DNA from: an uncultured Gemmatimonadales bacterium
GTDB lineage: Bacteria; Gemmatimonadota; Gemmatimonadetes; Gemmatimonadales; GWC2-71-9
Reading direction: 5' to 3'
Assembly: GCA_963821525.1 (NCBI GenBank)
Contig: CAWGED010000005.1
Location: 384,001 to 448,000 of the forward strand
DNA length: 64,000 nt
Positions 11,072 to 22,468 of this stretch are shown here, one piece after another (position 1 is the stretch's first letter; every line of letters starts with the position of its first letter). Under the pieces are notes generated by a model that did no database searches, was not told the origin of the DNA, and saw only the letters and a list, made by a program, of their open reading frames with translations. A program made the position numbers and the translations under genes.

Positions 11072-13386
11072 CCGACCGCGCGGAGCCTCGCTCGGCGCTC
11101 GTGGTCAGGGTATCGGGCGTCGTGCAGGGAGTGGGCTTTCGCCCCTTCGTGCACCGGCTGGCGGAGCGCCATGCGCTCGCCGGCTGGGTCCGGAACGGCG
11201 CCGGCGACGTGCACATCGAAGTCGAGGGCCTGCCCGCGGAGCTGGATGCGTTCGTCCTGGAGCTGAGCGGGATGGCGCCGCCGCTCTCCCGCATCGACCG
11301 GGTATCAACCGTCCCAGCCCCGCCGCGCGGACGAGAAGGGTTTTCGATTCTCCGGAGCGAAGAGGCACCGGAGGGAGGACGCCGCCAGCCGGTTCCGCCC
11401 GATGTGGCGTTGTGTGCCGCATGTGAGTCAGAGCTACGCGCTCCTTCCAACCGGCGCCACGACTACCCGTTCATCACCTGTACCGACTGCGGGCCGCGTT
11501 TCACGGTTATTGAGGCGATGCCGTATGACCGGGAACGCACTAGCATGCGGGCATTCCCCCAATGCCCGGCGTGCCTCGCGGAATACCGAACTCCGGGCGA
11601 CCGAAGGCACCACTCCGAGAGCAATAGTTGCCCCGTATGCGGACCTGCGGTGTGGACGGAGCTCCCTGGCCAGACCGGCCCGGTCGTCGATGGCTCAGGG
11701 CCGGCGCTCGAGTGGGCCGCCGGGATGTTGCTGGAGGGTCGGATCCTCGGCCTGCGCGGGATGGGGGGATTTCATCTCGCGGCAGACGCGACCAGCGAGG
11801 CGGCGGTGGCGGAGCTGCGCCGCCGTAAGGCGCGCGCCCGCGAAACCCTTCGCGGTGATGGTATCGTCGCTCGATGAAGCGCGCGTTCTGGCCGAGATCG
11901 ATGCCGAGGAGGCACGTCTCCTCCTCTCCCGCGAACGGCCCGTGGTCCTGCTCCGCGCCCGATCCCCAAGCCAGCTTGCTCCGAGTGTGGCCCCCCATCT
12001 GGATACCATCGGGGTCATGCTGCCCTCGACTCCGCTCCATGTCCTGCTACTCGACCAGGTGCGCCGCCCACTGGTGATGACCAGCGGGAACCGCAGCGAG
12101 GAGCCGATAGCCGCCGCCAACGCCGAAGCGCGCGACCGTTTGGGGAGCATCGTCGACGGATTCCTGCTCCACGACCGGGAAATCGCCTTCCGCTGTGACG
12201 ACTCTGTGGTTCGGGTGAGCGAAGACCTGCCGGTCTTTCTCCGTCGGGCTCGAGGGTACGCGCCGCTTCCGATCGCGCTTCCGGTGCCCAGTCCCGTGCC
12301 GCTCCTCGCGGTGGGATCGCATCTGAAGAACACCTTCACCCTGGCGCATGGTGGGCAGGCATTCGTGAGTCCCCACGTCGGCGATCTCGAGGGGCTCGAG
12401 ACGCTGGAGCAGTTCCACCGTTCCCTGGACCACCTGTCCCGGCTCTTTCAGATCGTGCCGCGTCGCGGTGGCTCGTGATCTCCATCCGGGATATCTCTCC
12501 ACCCGGATTGCCGAAGAGATGGGCCTCCCCCGCGTCATCCCGGTCCAGCACCATCACGCCCACATCGCGGCAGTACTCGCCGAGAACGGAGAAGTGGGCC
12601 CGGTGCTTGGTGTGGCCTTCGACGGGACGGGCTACGGGGACGATGGCGCAGTATGGGGCGGTGAGCTGCTTCTGGCAGACTTGCTTGGCTATCGTCGCAT
12701 GGGCCATCTCCGCTACGTCCCCTTGCCCGGCGGCGACCGGGCGGCCCGGGCGCCGTGGCGTGTTGCAGCCGGCTATGCCGCGCTCGACCCTCATCTGATG
12801 CCGGCATTCGAGTGCGCCTTCGAGGGATTGGACCCTCGTGAGCGAGCAGCGGCCGAGTGGCAAATCGCGGCGGGTGTCAACACGCCTCACGCGTCCTCGA
12901 TGGGCCGCCTGTTCGATGCAGCGGCGGCCATACTTGGCGTGCGGCGGGTGGCGGACTACGAAGGACAGGCGGCGATGGAGCTCGAAGCGCTCGCCGGGAA
13001 ACGGATCGCCTCGGAGTACCGCTTTGGCCTGGAGGAAGGGCCCGACGGACTACTCATCCTCGACCCGGTCCCACTCCTCGTGCGTCTCGGGTTGAGCAAG
13101 CTGCGCGGTGAGAATGCCGCCGACCTGGCCGCCGATTTCCATGCCAGCATTGCCTGGATGACGACACACTGGGTCCGCCGGGCCGCCGAACGGGCGGGAG
13201 TCGATACCGTCGCTCTCGGTGGGGGCACCTTCCAGAATGCGCGTCTCTTCGCCTCGCTTCGGCATCGGCTTGCAGGCGGCCGGACTTCGGGTGCTCACGC
13301 CCCGGGTCCTCAGTCCCAATGACGGTGCGGTGAGTTACGGCCAAGCCGCGGTGGCCGCAGCTCGTCTCGCTCGCGAAGCAACTTGA
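11072..13386 (+). CDS. hypF: HypF carbamoyltransferase (several frameshifts; start approximate)
   Basis: 'GVVQGVGFRPFV', 'CTDCGPRF', 'PLVMTSGN', 'QHHHAH', 'DGTGYG', 'SSMGRLFDA', 'YEGQAAM'. Confidence 0.93.
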
Positions 13387-13402
13387 TCAGGAGTTAACGC
13401 CC

Positions 13403-13699
13403 ATGTGCCTCGGGATTCCCGGACGGATCGTCGAGATTCATCAAGACGAGGGGCTTGCGATGGGCCTGGTGGACTTTGGGGGCGTTCGGCGCGAAGTCTG
13501 TCTGGCGTATGTCGAAGACCAGGTGCAGCCCGGCGACTACGCGTTGGTGCACGTCGGCTTCGCCATCGCCAAGGTGGATGAGGACGAGGCGCGCCGGACC
13601 TTCGAGGCGCTGCGGCAGATGAGCCAGCTCGAGGAGCTCGACTGGATGCGCGAGGTGGCGGACCGCAGCCTGGATGCAATGACTGGAGGGCAGGCATGA
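13403..13699 (+). CDS. hypC: HypC
   Basis: 'MCLGIPG', '[12 protein letters not shown]'. Confidence 0.96.
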   Translation: MCLGIPGRIVEIHQDEGLAMGLVDFGGVRREVCLAYVEDQVQPGDYALVHVGFAIAKVDEDEARRTFEALRQMSQLEELDWMREVADRSLDAMTGGQA

Positions 13700-14805
13700 A
13701 GTACTTGAGTGAATACCGCGATCCCGCCCTCGCCCGCGCGCTGATCGGCCAGATCCGGCAGACGGCCAGTCGTCGCTGGACATTGATGGAGGTATGCGGC
13801 GGCCAGACCCATACAATCGTCAAGCAGGGGCTCGATGAGCTGTTGGGCGAGTCGGTAGAGATGATTCACGGTCCCGGCTGTCCGGTGTGTGTCACGCCGC
13901 TCGAGCAGATAGACCGAGCTCTCGCGCTCGCCGCCATGCCGAATGTCATCTTCACAAGTTTCGGAGACATGCTTCGGGTGCCGGGAAGCGAGTGCGATCT
14001 GCTCCAGGTCCGGGCCCGAGGCGGACAGGTCCGTGTAGTGTATTCGCCGCTGGATGCTGTCGCCCTCGCCCGAAAGAACCCTGAGCGTGAAGTGGTCTTT
14101 TTCGCGGTGGGCTTCGAGACGACGGCCCCAGCTAACGCCATGGCCGTCTGGCGTGCTGCGCAGCTCGGACTCCGAAATTTCAGCATGCTGGTCTCCCACG
14201 TGACGGTGCCACCCGCCATGACGGCCATCCTCGACGCGCCGGACAATCGGGTCCAGGGCTTCCTCGCGGCGGGCCACGTCTGCACGGTGATGGGGTGGAC
14301 CGAATACGAGCCGATCGCGGCGCGTTACCGGGTGCCGATCATCGTGACCGGATTCGAGCCGCTCGACATCCTGGAGGGGATTTACCTGGGGATACGACAG
14401 CTGGAAGCGGGACGGTACGAGGTCGAGAACCAATACGTGCGCTCGGTGCGACGAGAGGGAACCGTTCCGGCGCGAACCCTCGTCGAGCGGGTCTTCCACC
14501 TGGTGGATCGGCAGTGGCGCGGCCTCGGCACCATCCCCATGAGTGGATTGGCCCTGCGCGAAGAGTTCGCGGACTTCGATGCCGAGCTTCGCTTCGGGCT
14601 CAGTGAAATCAGAGCATCGGAGCCGACCGAGTGCCGGGCGGGCGAGGTGCTTCGCGGGCTCCTGAAGCCGCCCGATTGTCCGATGTTTGGCAATCGTTGC
14701 ACACCGGAGCACCCACTCGGCGCACCCATGGTTTCTTCCGAGGGCGCCTGCGCCGCGTATTTCAACTACGGTCGCATCCGCCAGCCCCAGCACGCTGAGG
14801 TCTGA
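13696..14805 (+). CDS. hypD: HypD
   Basis: 'MEVCGGQTH', 'GPGCPVC', 'GFETTAP', '[13 protein letters not shown]'. Confidence 0.97.
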   Translation: MKYLSEYRDPALARALIGQIRQTASRRWTLMEVCGGQTHTIVKQGLDELLGESVEMIHGPGCPVCVTPLEQIDRALALAAMPNVIFTSFGDMLRVPGSECDLLQVRARGGQVRVVYSPLDAVALARKNPEREVVFFAVGFETTAPANAMAVWRAAQLGLRNFSMLVSHVTVPPAMTAILDAPDNRVQGFLAAGHVCTVMGWTEYEPIAARYRVPIIVTGFEPLDILEGIYLGIRQLEAGRYEVENQYVRSVRREGTVPARTLVERVFHLVDRQWRGLGTIPMSGLALREEFADFDAELRFGLSEIRASEPTECRAGEVLRGLLKPPDCPMFGNRCTPEHPLGAPMVSSEGACAAYFNYGRIRQPQHAEV

Positions 14806-14808
14806 GAG

Positions 14809-15871
14809 GTGGCTACTACTCCACTGATCGACGGCTTGACCTGCCCGGTCCCGTTGACCTCGACCGACCGGGTCCAGCTGGGCCATGGCTCCGGTGGGAA
14901 AATGAGCGCCAGCCTGTTTCGGGAGCGGATTCTGCCTCACTTCGACAATCCTGCGCTCGCCGTGTTGGGTGACGCGGCGGTATTCCGGGTTCCGTCAAGC
15001 GAATTGGCCATCTCCACCGACAGCTTTGTGGTAAGCCCGCTCGAGTTCCCGGGCGGGAACATCGGATCGCTGGCGGTCCATGGTACCCTGAATGACTTGG
15101 CTATGATGGGCGCCCGGCCATTTTGTCTCACGGTGGGATTCGTGCTCGAGGAGGGGTTGCCGTTCGATCAGTTGGATCGGATCGTTGCGGCGATGGCTGC
15201 AGCGGCTCGGCGGGCGGACGTTCCGATCGTGGCCGGAGACACAAAAGTCGTCGAGCGGGGCAAGGCCGATGGGCTCTACATCAATACGACTGGCGTCGGG
15301 GTTCTCCACGTCGGGGCGAGGCCGGGACCCCGCGGGGCCCGTGCGGGGGACGCCATACTGGTGAGTGGTCCGATCGGCCGCCATGGCATGGCAATCATGG
15401 CCACTCGAGAGGGTATCGGGTTCGAGACCGGAATCGAAAGCGATAGCGCCTCGCTGTGGCCGGTGGTGGCGCCGCTCCTTCACCGGTTCGGCCCAGCGAT
15501 TCACGTCCTGCGTGACCCCACCCGCGGCGGTCTTGCAAGTGCGCTGAACGAGATTGCGCAGGCCTCCGGGTGTAGGGATCGAGTTGGAAGAATCGAGCCT
15601 GCCAATCCCGGGGGCGGTGCAGGCCGGTTGTGAGATGCTCGGTCTCGATCCGATCTACGTGGCCAATGAAGGGATCCTGGTGGCGATGGTTCCCGAGGCC
15701 AGCGCGACCGCTGCGCTCGAGTGCATGAGGGCCGATCCGCTTGGTGCCGAAGCAGCAGTCATCGGCCGGGTGGTGGCCGCCCACCCGGGCTTCGTCGTAC
15801 TCCACACGGCCTTGGGCGGCACCCGGATCGTCGACTTGCTCCCGGGCGACCAATTGCCCCGAATCTGCTAG
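14809..15871 (+). CDS. hypE: HypE (frameshift near 15570)
   Basis: 'HGSGG', 'GDTKVV', 'RDPTRGG', 'ANEG', C-terminal 'QLPRIC'. Confidence 0.95.
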
Positions 15872-15921
15872 ATTCCCTCTCGAGTCGGCCCCCTCCATTC
15901 CTCTTGAGATCACACCATCCA

Positions 15922-16702
15922 ATGCCTGGGGTTGCAACCAACGTCTGTCCCGCCTGCGGCGCTCCTGCCTCGGGAAAGTTCTGCGGCGCTTGCGGGGCGA
16001 GTCTCGTCGCCCGCCCTGCGCCGGCTGTGGTGCCCCTCTTGGGGCCGGCGCCCAGTTCTGCTCGAGCTGTGGCCGGACCACGGGAGCGGTGAACAAGCCG
16101 AGCCGGAGACCGAGTGCGCTGGGTGCTCACCGGCGCCGTGGGGAGCGCCCTCATTGCGGGCCTGCTGATTTTCCTCACCCGTGGGGCTCCGGCCCCTGCG
16201 GCTGAGGTGGCGGCGAGCGCGCCATTTGCCGGCGGTGCCGCCGCCGGCGGCGGGCCGCCACCCGACATCAGCAACATGTCTCCCCGCGAGAGGTTCGATC
16301 GTCTGTACAACCGGATCATGACGGCCGCCGAGAACGGGGATGAGGCGACGGTGACCAATTTCTCGCCCATGGCGCTCTCGGCGTATGGCATGCTTGATAC
16401 GGTCGATGCCGACGCGCGCTATCATGCCGCACTGATCAGGCTCCATACCGGGTGACATCGACGGTGCCACCGCGCTGGGCGATACCATCCTCGCCAACAA
16501 CCCGGGCCATCTCTTCGGCTATATCGTGCTCGGCACGGTTGCCCGATTCCGGAAGGACGACGCGGGACTGAGCAAGGCGTACTCCGGGTTCCTCAGTCAT
16601 TACGGCGCCGAAATGAAGGCCGGCCGCGCGGAGTACAGCGATCACGCACGTTCAATTACCGACTTCAAGAAGGCCGCGGAAGCAGCGAGGTCACCCGCAT
16701 GA
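15922..16702 (+). CDS. Double zinc-ribbon membrane protein with helical (TPR-like) periplasmic domain; frameshifted
   Basis: CPAC/FCGAC/CAGC/FCSSC motifs, one TM segment, then a helical region; stop overlaps the ccmF start. Confidence 0.6.
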
Positions 16703-18733
16703 CATTGCTCGGTCAATTCTGCCTCTGGATCGCGATCCTGGTTGGGACATGGGGAGCGGTCGTTGGCTTCTCGGGCCGCTGGCAGGGCAGGCCCGCCTTG
16801 GCCGAGGCGGTGATCCGCTCGGTGTATGCCGTGTTCGGGCTGATGGTGGTCGCGACGATTTGTCTCTGGCAGGGTTTGATCAGCCACGACTTCAACATCG
16901 AGTACGTGGCGGGATATACCTCCCGCAATCTGCCGACCTATTTCATCGTCTCGGCGCTGTGGGCGGGTCAGAAGGGTTCGCTGCTCTTCTGGGCGGTGGT
17001 GCTCTCCCTCTTCTCCAGCCTGGCGCAGTGGCTCACCTCGGCGCGCTACCGCGCGATGATGCCTTACGTGGCGGCCACCACCCTGAGTGTGGTGACTTTC
17101 TTCGTCACGGTGATGGTCTTCGCCGCCAACCCGTTCGAACGACTTCGCCTTCACGCCTCCCGACGGGCGGGGATTCAATCCCCAGCTGCAGAACATCGGC
17201 ATGGTGATCCACCCGCCGATGCTCTACCTGGGCTACATCAGCATCGCCATTCCGTTCGCCTTTGCCATTGCGGCCCTGCTGTCCAACCGGCTGGATACCG
17301 GCTGGATTCACGCCATCCGCAAATGGACCCTGATGAGCTGGCTGTTCCTCTCGATCGGCATCACCCTCGGCATGTGGTGGGCCTACGTCGAGCTGGGCTG
17401 GGGCGGCTACTGGGCGTGGGATCCGGTGGAGAACGCGAGCCTGCTCCCCTGGCTCACGATGTCGGCGTTCCTGCACTCGGTGATGATCCAGGAAAAGCGG
17501 GGGATGCTGAAACGCTGGAACATGATGCTGATCGTGGGCTCGTTCCTGCTCAGCATCTTCGGCACCTTCATCACCAGGTCCGGGGTGATCGCCAGCGTAC
17601 ACAGCTTCACCCAGTCGAACGTCGGCTACTTCTTCCTGGCGTTCCTGGTAGGTGCGGCGGTGCTTTCGTTCACCCTGCTCTATACCCGGTGGGACCGGCT
17701 GGAAGCGGAAGTGAACCTGGAATCCATGGTGAGCCGGGAAGCGGCGTTCCTCTTCAATAATCTGCTGTTCGTCGGAGTCGCCTTCTCGGTGCTGTGGGGA
17801 ACGCTGTTCCCCATCCTGTCCGAAGCGGTGCGGGGCACCAAGATCACCGTGGGGCCGCCGTTCTTTAATAAGGTCAACGTCCCGATGGGCTTGTTGCTGC
17901 TCGCCCTGACGGGAATCGGGCCGCTCATCGCCTGGCGCAAGGCCTCGACCGCGAATCTCAAGCGCCAGTTCACCTGGCCCGTCGTCACCGGCGTCGTCGT
18001 GCTGGGAATCGCACTCGCCTCCGGCATGCGGCACTTCTATTCCATCATGGCGCTCTCGCTGGGCGGTTTCGTCGCGGGAACGCTGGTCCAGGAGTTTGCC
18101 CGCGGCACCCGCGCTCGCCATCGCATGTACAACGAGAGCTATCCGCGTGCGCTCGCGCATCTGGTCGCGCGTAACCGGCGGCGGTACGGCGGCTACCTGG
18201 TGCACGCCGGCATGCTGATCTATTTCGTCGCCTTCACCGGGATGGCCTTCAAGCGCGACATGGAGGCTACTCTCAAGCCGGGCGACTCGATCACCATGAT
18301 GAGTCCATTCGGTCACCAGTACCAGTTCACCCACGTGGGCGTCTCGCAATACGAATCGCTCAACCGGGTGGTCACCGCCGCGTCGGTCGAGGTCAAGAAG
18401 GACGGCAAAGCGGTGGGCATCATGACCTCGGAGAAGCGCCAGCACGTGGACAGCTTCGGCCGGCCAACCTTCGAGCCTTCTACCGAGGTCGCCATCCGGA
18501 GCAATCTCCAGGAAGACCTCTACATCGTGTACGCCGGCTCGGTGCAGGGCAGTGAGGAGGCGGTGTACCGCTTCACTATCAATCCCCTGGTGCTCTGGGT
18601 GTGGCTGGGCGGCATGGTGCTGGTGGCCGGCGGGTTGATCACGATGTGGCCGGGCGGACCCACCGCCCATGGTGCGCCGCGTCGCGCGCAGGCGGGATAC
18701 GGGGTGCAGCTCACTACCGCGGCTAGCCAATGA
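16699..18733 (+). CDS. ccmF: Cytochrome c heme lyase CcmF (frameshift near 17145)
   Basis: 'WAGQKGSLLFW', 'IHPPMLYLGY', 'WAYVELGWGGYWAWDPVEN', 'TRSG..SVHSF', 'NPLVLWVW'. Confidence 0.95.
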
Positions 18734-19329
18734 GCGTTGTGACTCGACGGGCTTTTCTCGCGGGTCTCTCGGTGGCGCTTGGCGGCTTGGCTGCTCCAGG
18801 CCGCCCGGTCCGCTCTCAGCAGCAGCCGCAGGCGGGCCAGGGAGAGGTGGGGACGCTTCGGGATCCCGCCGCGGCCGGTCCTCCCAAGGCACCAGCCACC
18901 GCGCGAGACAACGAGCCGTTCATCCAGTCGGTCGAGCATCGAATCCGCTGCACCTGCGGCTGCAACCTCGATGTCTACACCTGCCGTACGACCGACTTCA
19001 CCTGCAGTACGTCGCCCCGGATGCACCGCGAGGTCCTGGCGCTCCAGGATCAAGGGAAGAACGCCGACGAGATCGTCGCCGCGTTCGTGACGCAGTATGG
19101 GGAGCAGGTCCTGATGGCGCCCAAGCCGGAAGGCTTCAACCTGGCCGGCTATCTGGTTCCCGGAACCCTGCTGCTGATGGGCGGTGCCGTGCTGACTGTT
19201 CTCTTGCGGCGCCGGATGCGGGTCGCTGCCGCCGAACGGGTGACCGTGCCGGCGGACTCGACGCCCGTTGCCACGCCGGAGGAACTGGCTCGGCTCAACC
19301 GTGAGCTGGCCGACTCGGAGCGCGAATGA
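18730..19329 (+). CDS. ccmH: CcmH/CycL-like cytochrome c biogenesis protein
   Basis: 'IRCTCGC', 'DEIVAAFVTQYGEQVLMAP' and a C-terminal TM; follows ccmF. Confidence 0.8.
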   Translation: MSVVTRRAFLAGLSVALGGLAAPGRPVRSQQQPQAGQGEVGTLRDPAAAGPPKAPATARDNEPFIQSVEHRIRCTCGCNLDVYTCRTTDFTCSTSPRMHREVLALQDQGKNADEIVAAFVTQYGEQVLMAPKPEGFNLAGYLVPGTLLLMGGAVLTVLLRRRMRVAAAERVTVPADSTPVATPEELARLNRELADSERE

Positions 19330-19835
19330 CCCTCGAAGTCATCGCAGCAATTCTGGTCGGGCTCGCGGTGCTCGCAGTTGTACTGGATCCGCTTCTCCGT
19401 AACGCGGCACCCCCGGCCCAACCCGTGATCGAACCCGAGGATCTGGAGGAGACTCCCAAGGGCATTGCGCTCGCTGCTCTCAGGGAAATCGAGTTCGACC
19501 GCGCGACCGGCAAACTCTCCGATGAGGACTACGCCGCATTGAAGGCGAAGTACTCGGAGGAGGCATTGGCGTTGATCCGGGCCGAAGAGAATGCGCAGGC
19601 CAGTGAGGCGGCTCCGGACCGAATCGAAGCGATGGTCGAGGCGCGTCTCCAGGTACTTCGCGGGGAGGGACCGTTAGCTTGTCCCCGATGCGGTCCTCGC
19701 CCCGAGGCGGACGCGATTTTCTGCTCGAACTGCGGCGACCGCTTGGGTGGAGGCGGCCGGTGTGTGGCCTGCGGCGCGGCACTCCACCCCGACGGCCGGT
19801 TCTGCGAATCCTGTGGTGCGGCCGTGGCGGCCTGA
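19326..19835 (+). CDS. CcmI-N-like membrane protein with C-terminal double zinc ribbon
   Basis: TM + 'LREIEFDRATGKLSDEDY..LK..Y' + four CxxC motifs. Confidence 0.65.
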   Translation: MTLEVIAAILVGLAVLAVVLDPLLRNAAPPAQPVIEPEDLEETPKGIALAALREIEFDRATGKLSDEDYAALKAKYSEEALALIRAEENAQASEAAPDRIEAMVEARLQVLRGEGPLACPRCGPRPEADAIFCSNCGDRLGGGGRCVACGAALHPDGRFCESCGAAVAA

Positions 19836-19853
19836 TTCACCGCCGGGGTCTGG

Positions 19854-20273
19854 CTATGGGTTGACCACGACGGTCCCGGTGAAGCCCGGATACAACGAGG
19901 GCGGGTGAAGCGAGCAGTGATAGCCGTACGTGCCTGCGGTGTGGAACGTCATCGAGTATGTCCCGCCCGGCATGCCTCCCCCTCCGCCGTAACCCCCTCC
20001 GCCACCAACTGGCGGGGTGAGTTGGCTGCTGGCCCAGATGGACTGGTCGCTGGTGGTCGTATGGGCCGATGGGCCCTGATTGGTCCACCGCACCGTGCCA
20101 CCGACCTTGATGCTGAGGTTGGCCGGGGAGAAGGAAAAATTCTCAATGGTCACATTGGAGGTAGCGGGCCCTCCTGGATTGCCAGGACCGGTCGGATTTG
20201 ACCCACTGCTGCTGCTGCTGCAGCTCAGCGAGCCGGCCAAGGCCGCGATACCCAAGAGTTGGATGAGTTTCAT
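19854..20273 (-). CDS. Cupredoxin (plastocyanin/amicyanin-like) lipoprotein
   Basis: Lipobox 'LSC', 'FSFSPANL..VGGTVRWTN...HT', 'GTYGYHCSLHP'. Confidence 0.82.
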   Translation of the reverse strand: MKLIQLLGIAALAGSLSCSSSSSGSNPTGPGNPGGPATSNVTIENFSFSPANLSIKVGGTVRWTNQGPSAHTTTSDQSIWASSQLTPPVGGGGGYGGGGGMPGGTYSMTFHTAGTYGYHCSLHPPSLYPGFTGTVVVNP

Positions 20274-20440
20274 ACGTCCTCCCTACGAGTTGGACCGCTC
20301 TCGCGCAGAGCAGTCCGGCAATGCAATAACCTAAGGCGACGGCGCTTGGGGACGCCAAGGCACACGCCACCTTTCATGTAAGGAAACGGCTCGCAAGGTT
20401 GTAAGCGGTGCGCTGAGCTGGAGCTTTCCCGCAGACTGAC

Positions 20441-21056
20441 TCAGAGCGGAAGGCGGAGCCCGGCACCAACCGTGAAGGTGGTGAACGTCTTCATCCTGGC
20501 TCCGGCAGGAATATCGTTCTCGCTGAAGGGGCTGGACGATATCCCGAAGCTCAGCGTTGTTCTCCAGAATCATCCCGCCCAAGGGCATCAGCAGGCTCAA
20601 TCCGAACCGGCCGCCCACGCTCCCGCGCTCGCTGAGCGTCTCGGTGTCCCAGTAGTCGAATGTCGGGCCGGCTTCGAGCTGGAGCCGGCTCCCTTCGAAG
20701 CTGACGATCCGGCGGGCAATCGTGAATGCGGCGCGCAACCGTTGGCTGTGCGTCGTCTTGTCTTTGATCGCCGCATCGTTGGTCTCCCCATAGAGACTCC
20801 CCTTCGCGTAGCCGAGATCCACCCTTCCTTCCCAGGCGTCCCAGCGGCGCGCCAGACCCAGCTCGAACCCGATGCTGTTGCTGGGCCGGACCTCGATGTT
20901 GACCGAGGTCGTGGTGTCTTCCGCGCCACCACTGAAATCTTGCCATCCCGCGGCGAACCGCAGTTGCCAGGGGCGATCCACGGAGCTCTGCACCTGTGCC
21001 TGGGCAGTGGTCGAGACGAGGCCGAGAGTCAGGGCAAGGATGGGTGCGGCGCGCAT
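20441..21056 (-). CDS. Outer-membrane beta-barrel protein (3' frameshift)
   Basis: Signal peptide and alternating amphipathic strands. Confidence 0.55.
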
Positions 21057-21120
21057 TCGCGTCTCCTTCCGGTCGGGGTCTCGAGGCCAGCCGGGGATCC
21101 CGGCTGGCCTCGTGCGGGCT

Positions 21121-22329
21121 TCACTTCATTTGGAGTAGGAGCCAACCCTTGCTGCTGCTGCCGTCCTTGAGCACCCAGTTGTACGGCGCCAGGGTCTGGA
21201 GGGCGACCTTGTCCTCGATGGCATTACCGACCAGGTCGTCATTGCTCTTGATCCAGCTGGCGACCGCGGCCAGCAGGTTGTAGAGACTCCTCGCCGCCTT
21301 GATCTTCTTTGCCACCGTGCCGCTGTCGATGGCGCCGGTGAAGTCCTGATATGTCGTGGTGAACCCGGCGATCATGGTGTTCCAGCGGCTCTGGTCGATC
21401 TTGATCTGGCAGGCCGTATCGTCGTCCTCGAGCGCCACGAGCCTCAACGCCGCGCCGGGATGGGCGGCCTTGTAACTGTTGATCTGCAACTGGCTGAAGA
21501 GGAGCACGTTCCCGTTCCACACAGTTCCGTTCTGGTCGTAGGCGTAGGGGTCGCCGGCATGCTCTCCCGCACACTGGTAGTCGGTGAGCGAGTCGGAGGT
21601 ACCCAGCTGGCCCATCACATGGACCTCATATTCGGGATCGCCCTTCAACCAACCCTCAAAATCACCCGGTATCCAAGCCTGAGTCATGTACAATCCGGGC
21701 GGGGTCAGGACCGATCCGCCGCCCCCGCCGCTGCCGCAGGAAGGCGGCACGCAGGTAGCCCCTGCCGGACCGGGCGGATGGTCGAAGTCGGTCTCCACCG
21801 GAACGACCGCGAGGACCGGTGTCACCGGCGGCTTCCCGGGATCGAGGAAGTGGCGGCCGCCGTTCAGGTCGAAGGCGACCGGGATCTCGCCATCCCGGGC
21901 CTGGGTGGCGACGAGAAGATGGGCGTCTCCATTCCAGCGGCGGCGGTGGTCTGGCACCGGCAGGTAGACTTCGAGTTGCCGGGTGGCCCGGGCGACCGAA
22001 TCGGTGCGTTCCTCGCTCTCGCCGTTCTCCCGGGCCACAATCCTGGTCGCCGCTCGGCTCTTTTCCGAGAGAAAGCGCTGGAGATGGATTTTCCCTTCAG
22101 GGTAGGGCGAGGCATCGAGCCTGGCTTTGACCTCCGCGCGGAAACCAGGATTCCTGAGCGCGAGTGCGAACCGGCGGGCGAGACCCTCCAGCTGGCGGGT
22201 GTCCGGCGAGATGTCGGCCGCCGCGGAGACGGTGGGCTCCGGTGGTGCGGTGGGCGGAGACTCACGATCGTTACAGGCGGCGGAGCAGAGTACCGTGAGC
22301 AGCACGGCCGTTTGAGGGACGCGGGACAT
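21121..22329 (-). CDS. Hypothetical lipoprotein
   Basis: 402-aa ORF with lipobox 'AAC', upstream GGAGG RBS. Confidence 0.7.
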   Translation of the reverse strand: MSRVPQTAVLLTVLCSAACNDRESPPTAPPEPTVSAAADISPDTRQLEGLARRFALALRNPGFRAEVKARLDASPYPEGKIHLQRFLSEKSRAATRIVARENGESEERTDSVARATRQLEVYLPVPDHRRRWNGDAHLLVATQARDGEIPVAFDLNGGRHFLDPGKPPVTPVLAVVPVETDFDHPPGPAGATCVPPSCGSGGGGGSVLTPPGLYMTQAWIPGDFEGWLKGDPEYEVHVMGQLGTSDSLTDYQCAGEHAGDPYAYDQNGTVWNGNVLLFSQLQINSYKAAHPGAALRLVALEDDDTACQIKIDQSRWNTMIAGFTTTYQDFTGAIDSGTVAKKIKAARSLYNLLAAVASWIKSNDDLVGNAIEDKVALQTLAPYNWVLKDGSSSKGWLLLQMK

Positions 22330-22468
22330 GGCCGACCTCCATCGTTGGGGTAACGCCGACTCGGCGGAATGCCGGCGGCGTGGCCAACGTAGGAAGCGGC
22401 TCTACTGAGCCCGGGATCCGGGAAACGCGGTGGGTGTTGGAACTACGCGATGTGGGAGGAACACGGAA

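Noticed and set aside
10366..11877. Apparent HypB-HypF fusion ORF
   Set aside because: A 1-nt shift near 11020 restores the normal HypB ending (WFDFLRSRI..stop 11071); most likely an indel artefact
20205..20225. (CTG)n tract
   Set aside because: Encodes the poly-Ser linker after a lipoprotein Cys; ordinary
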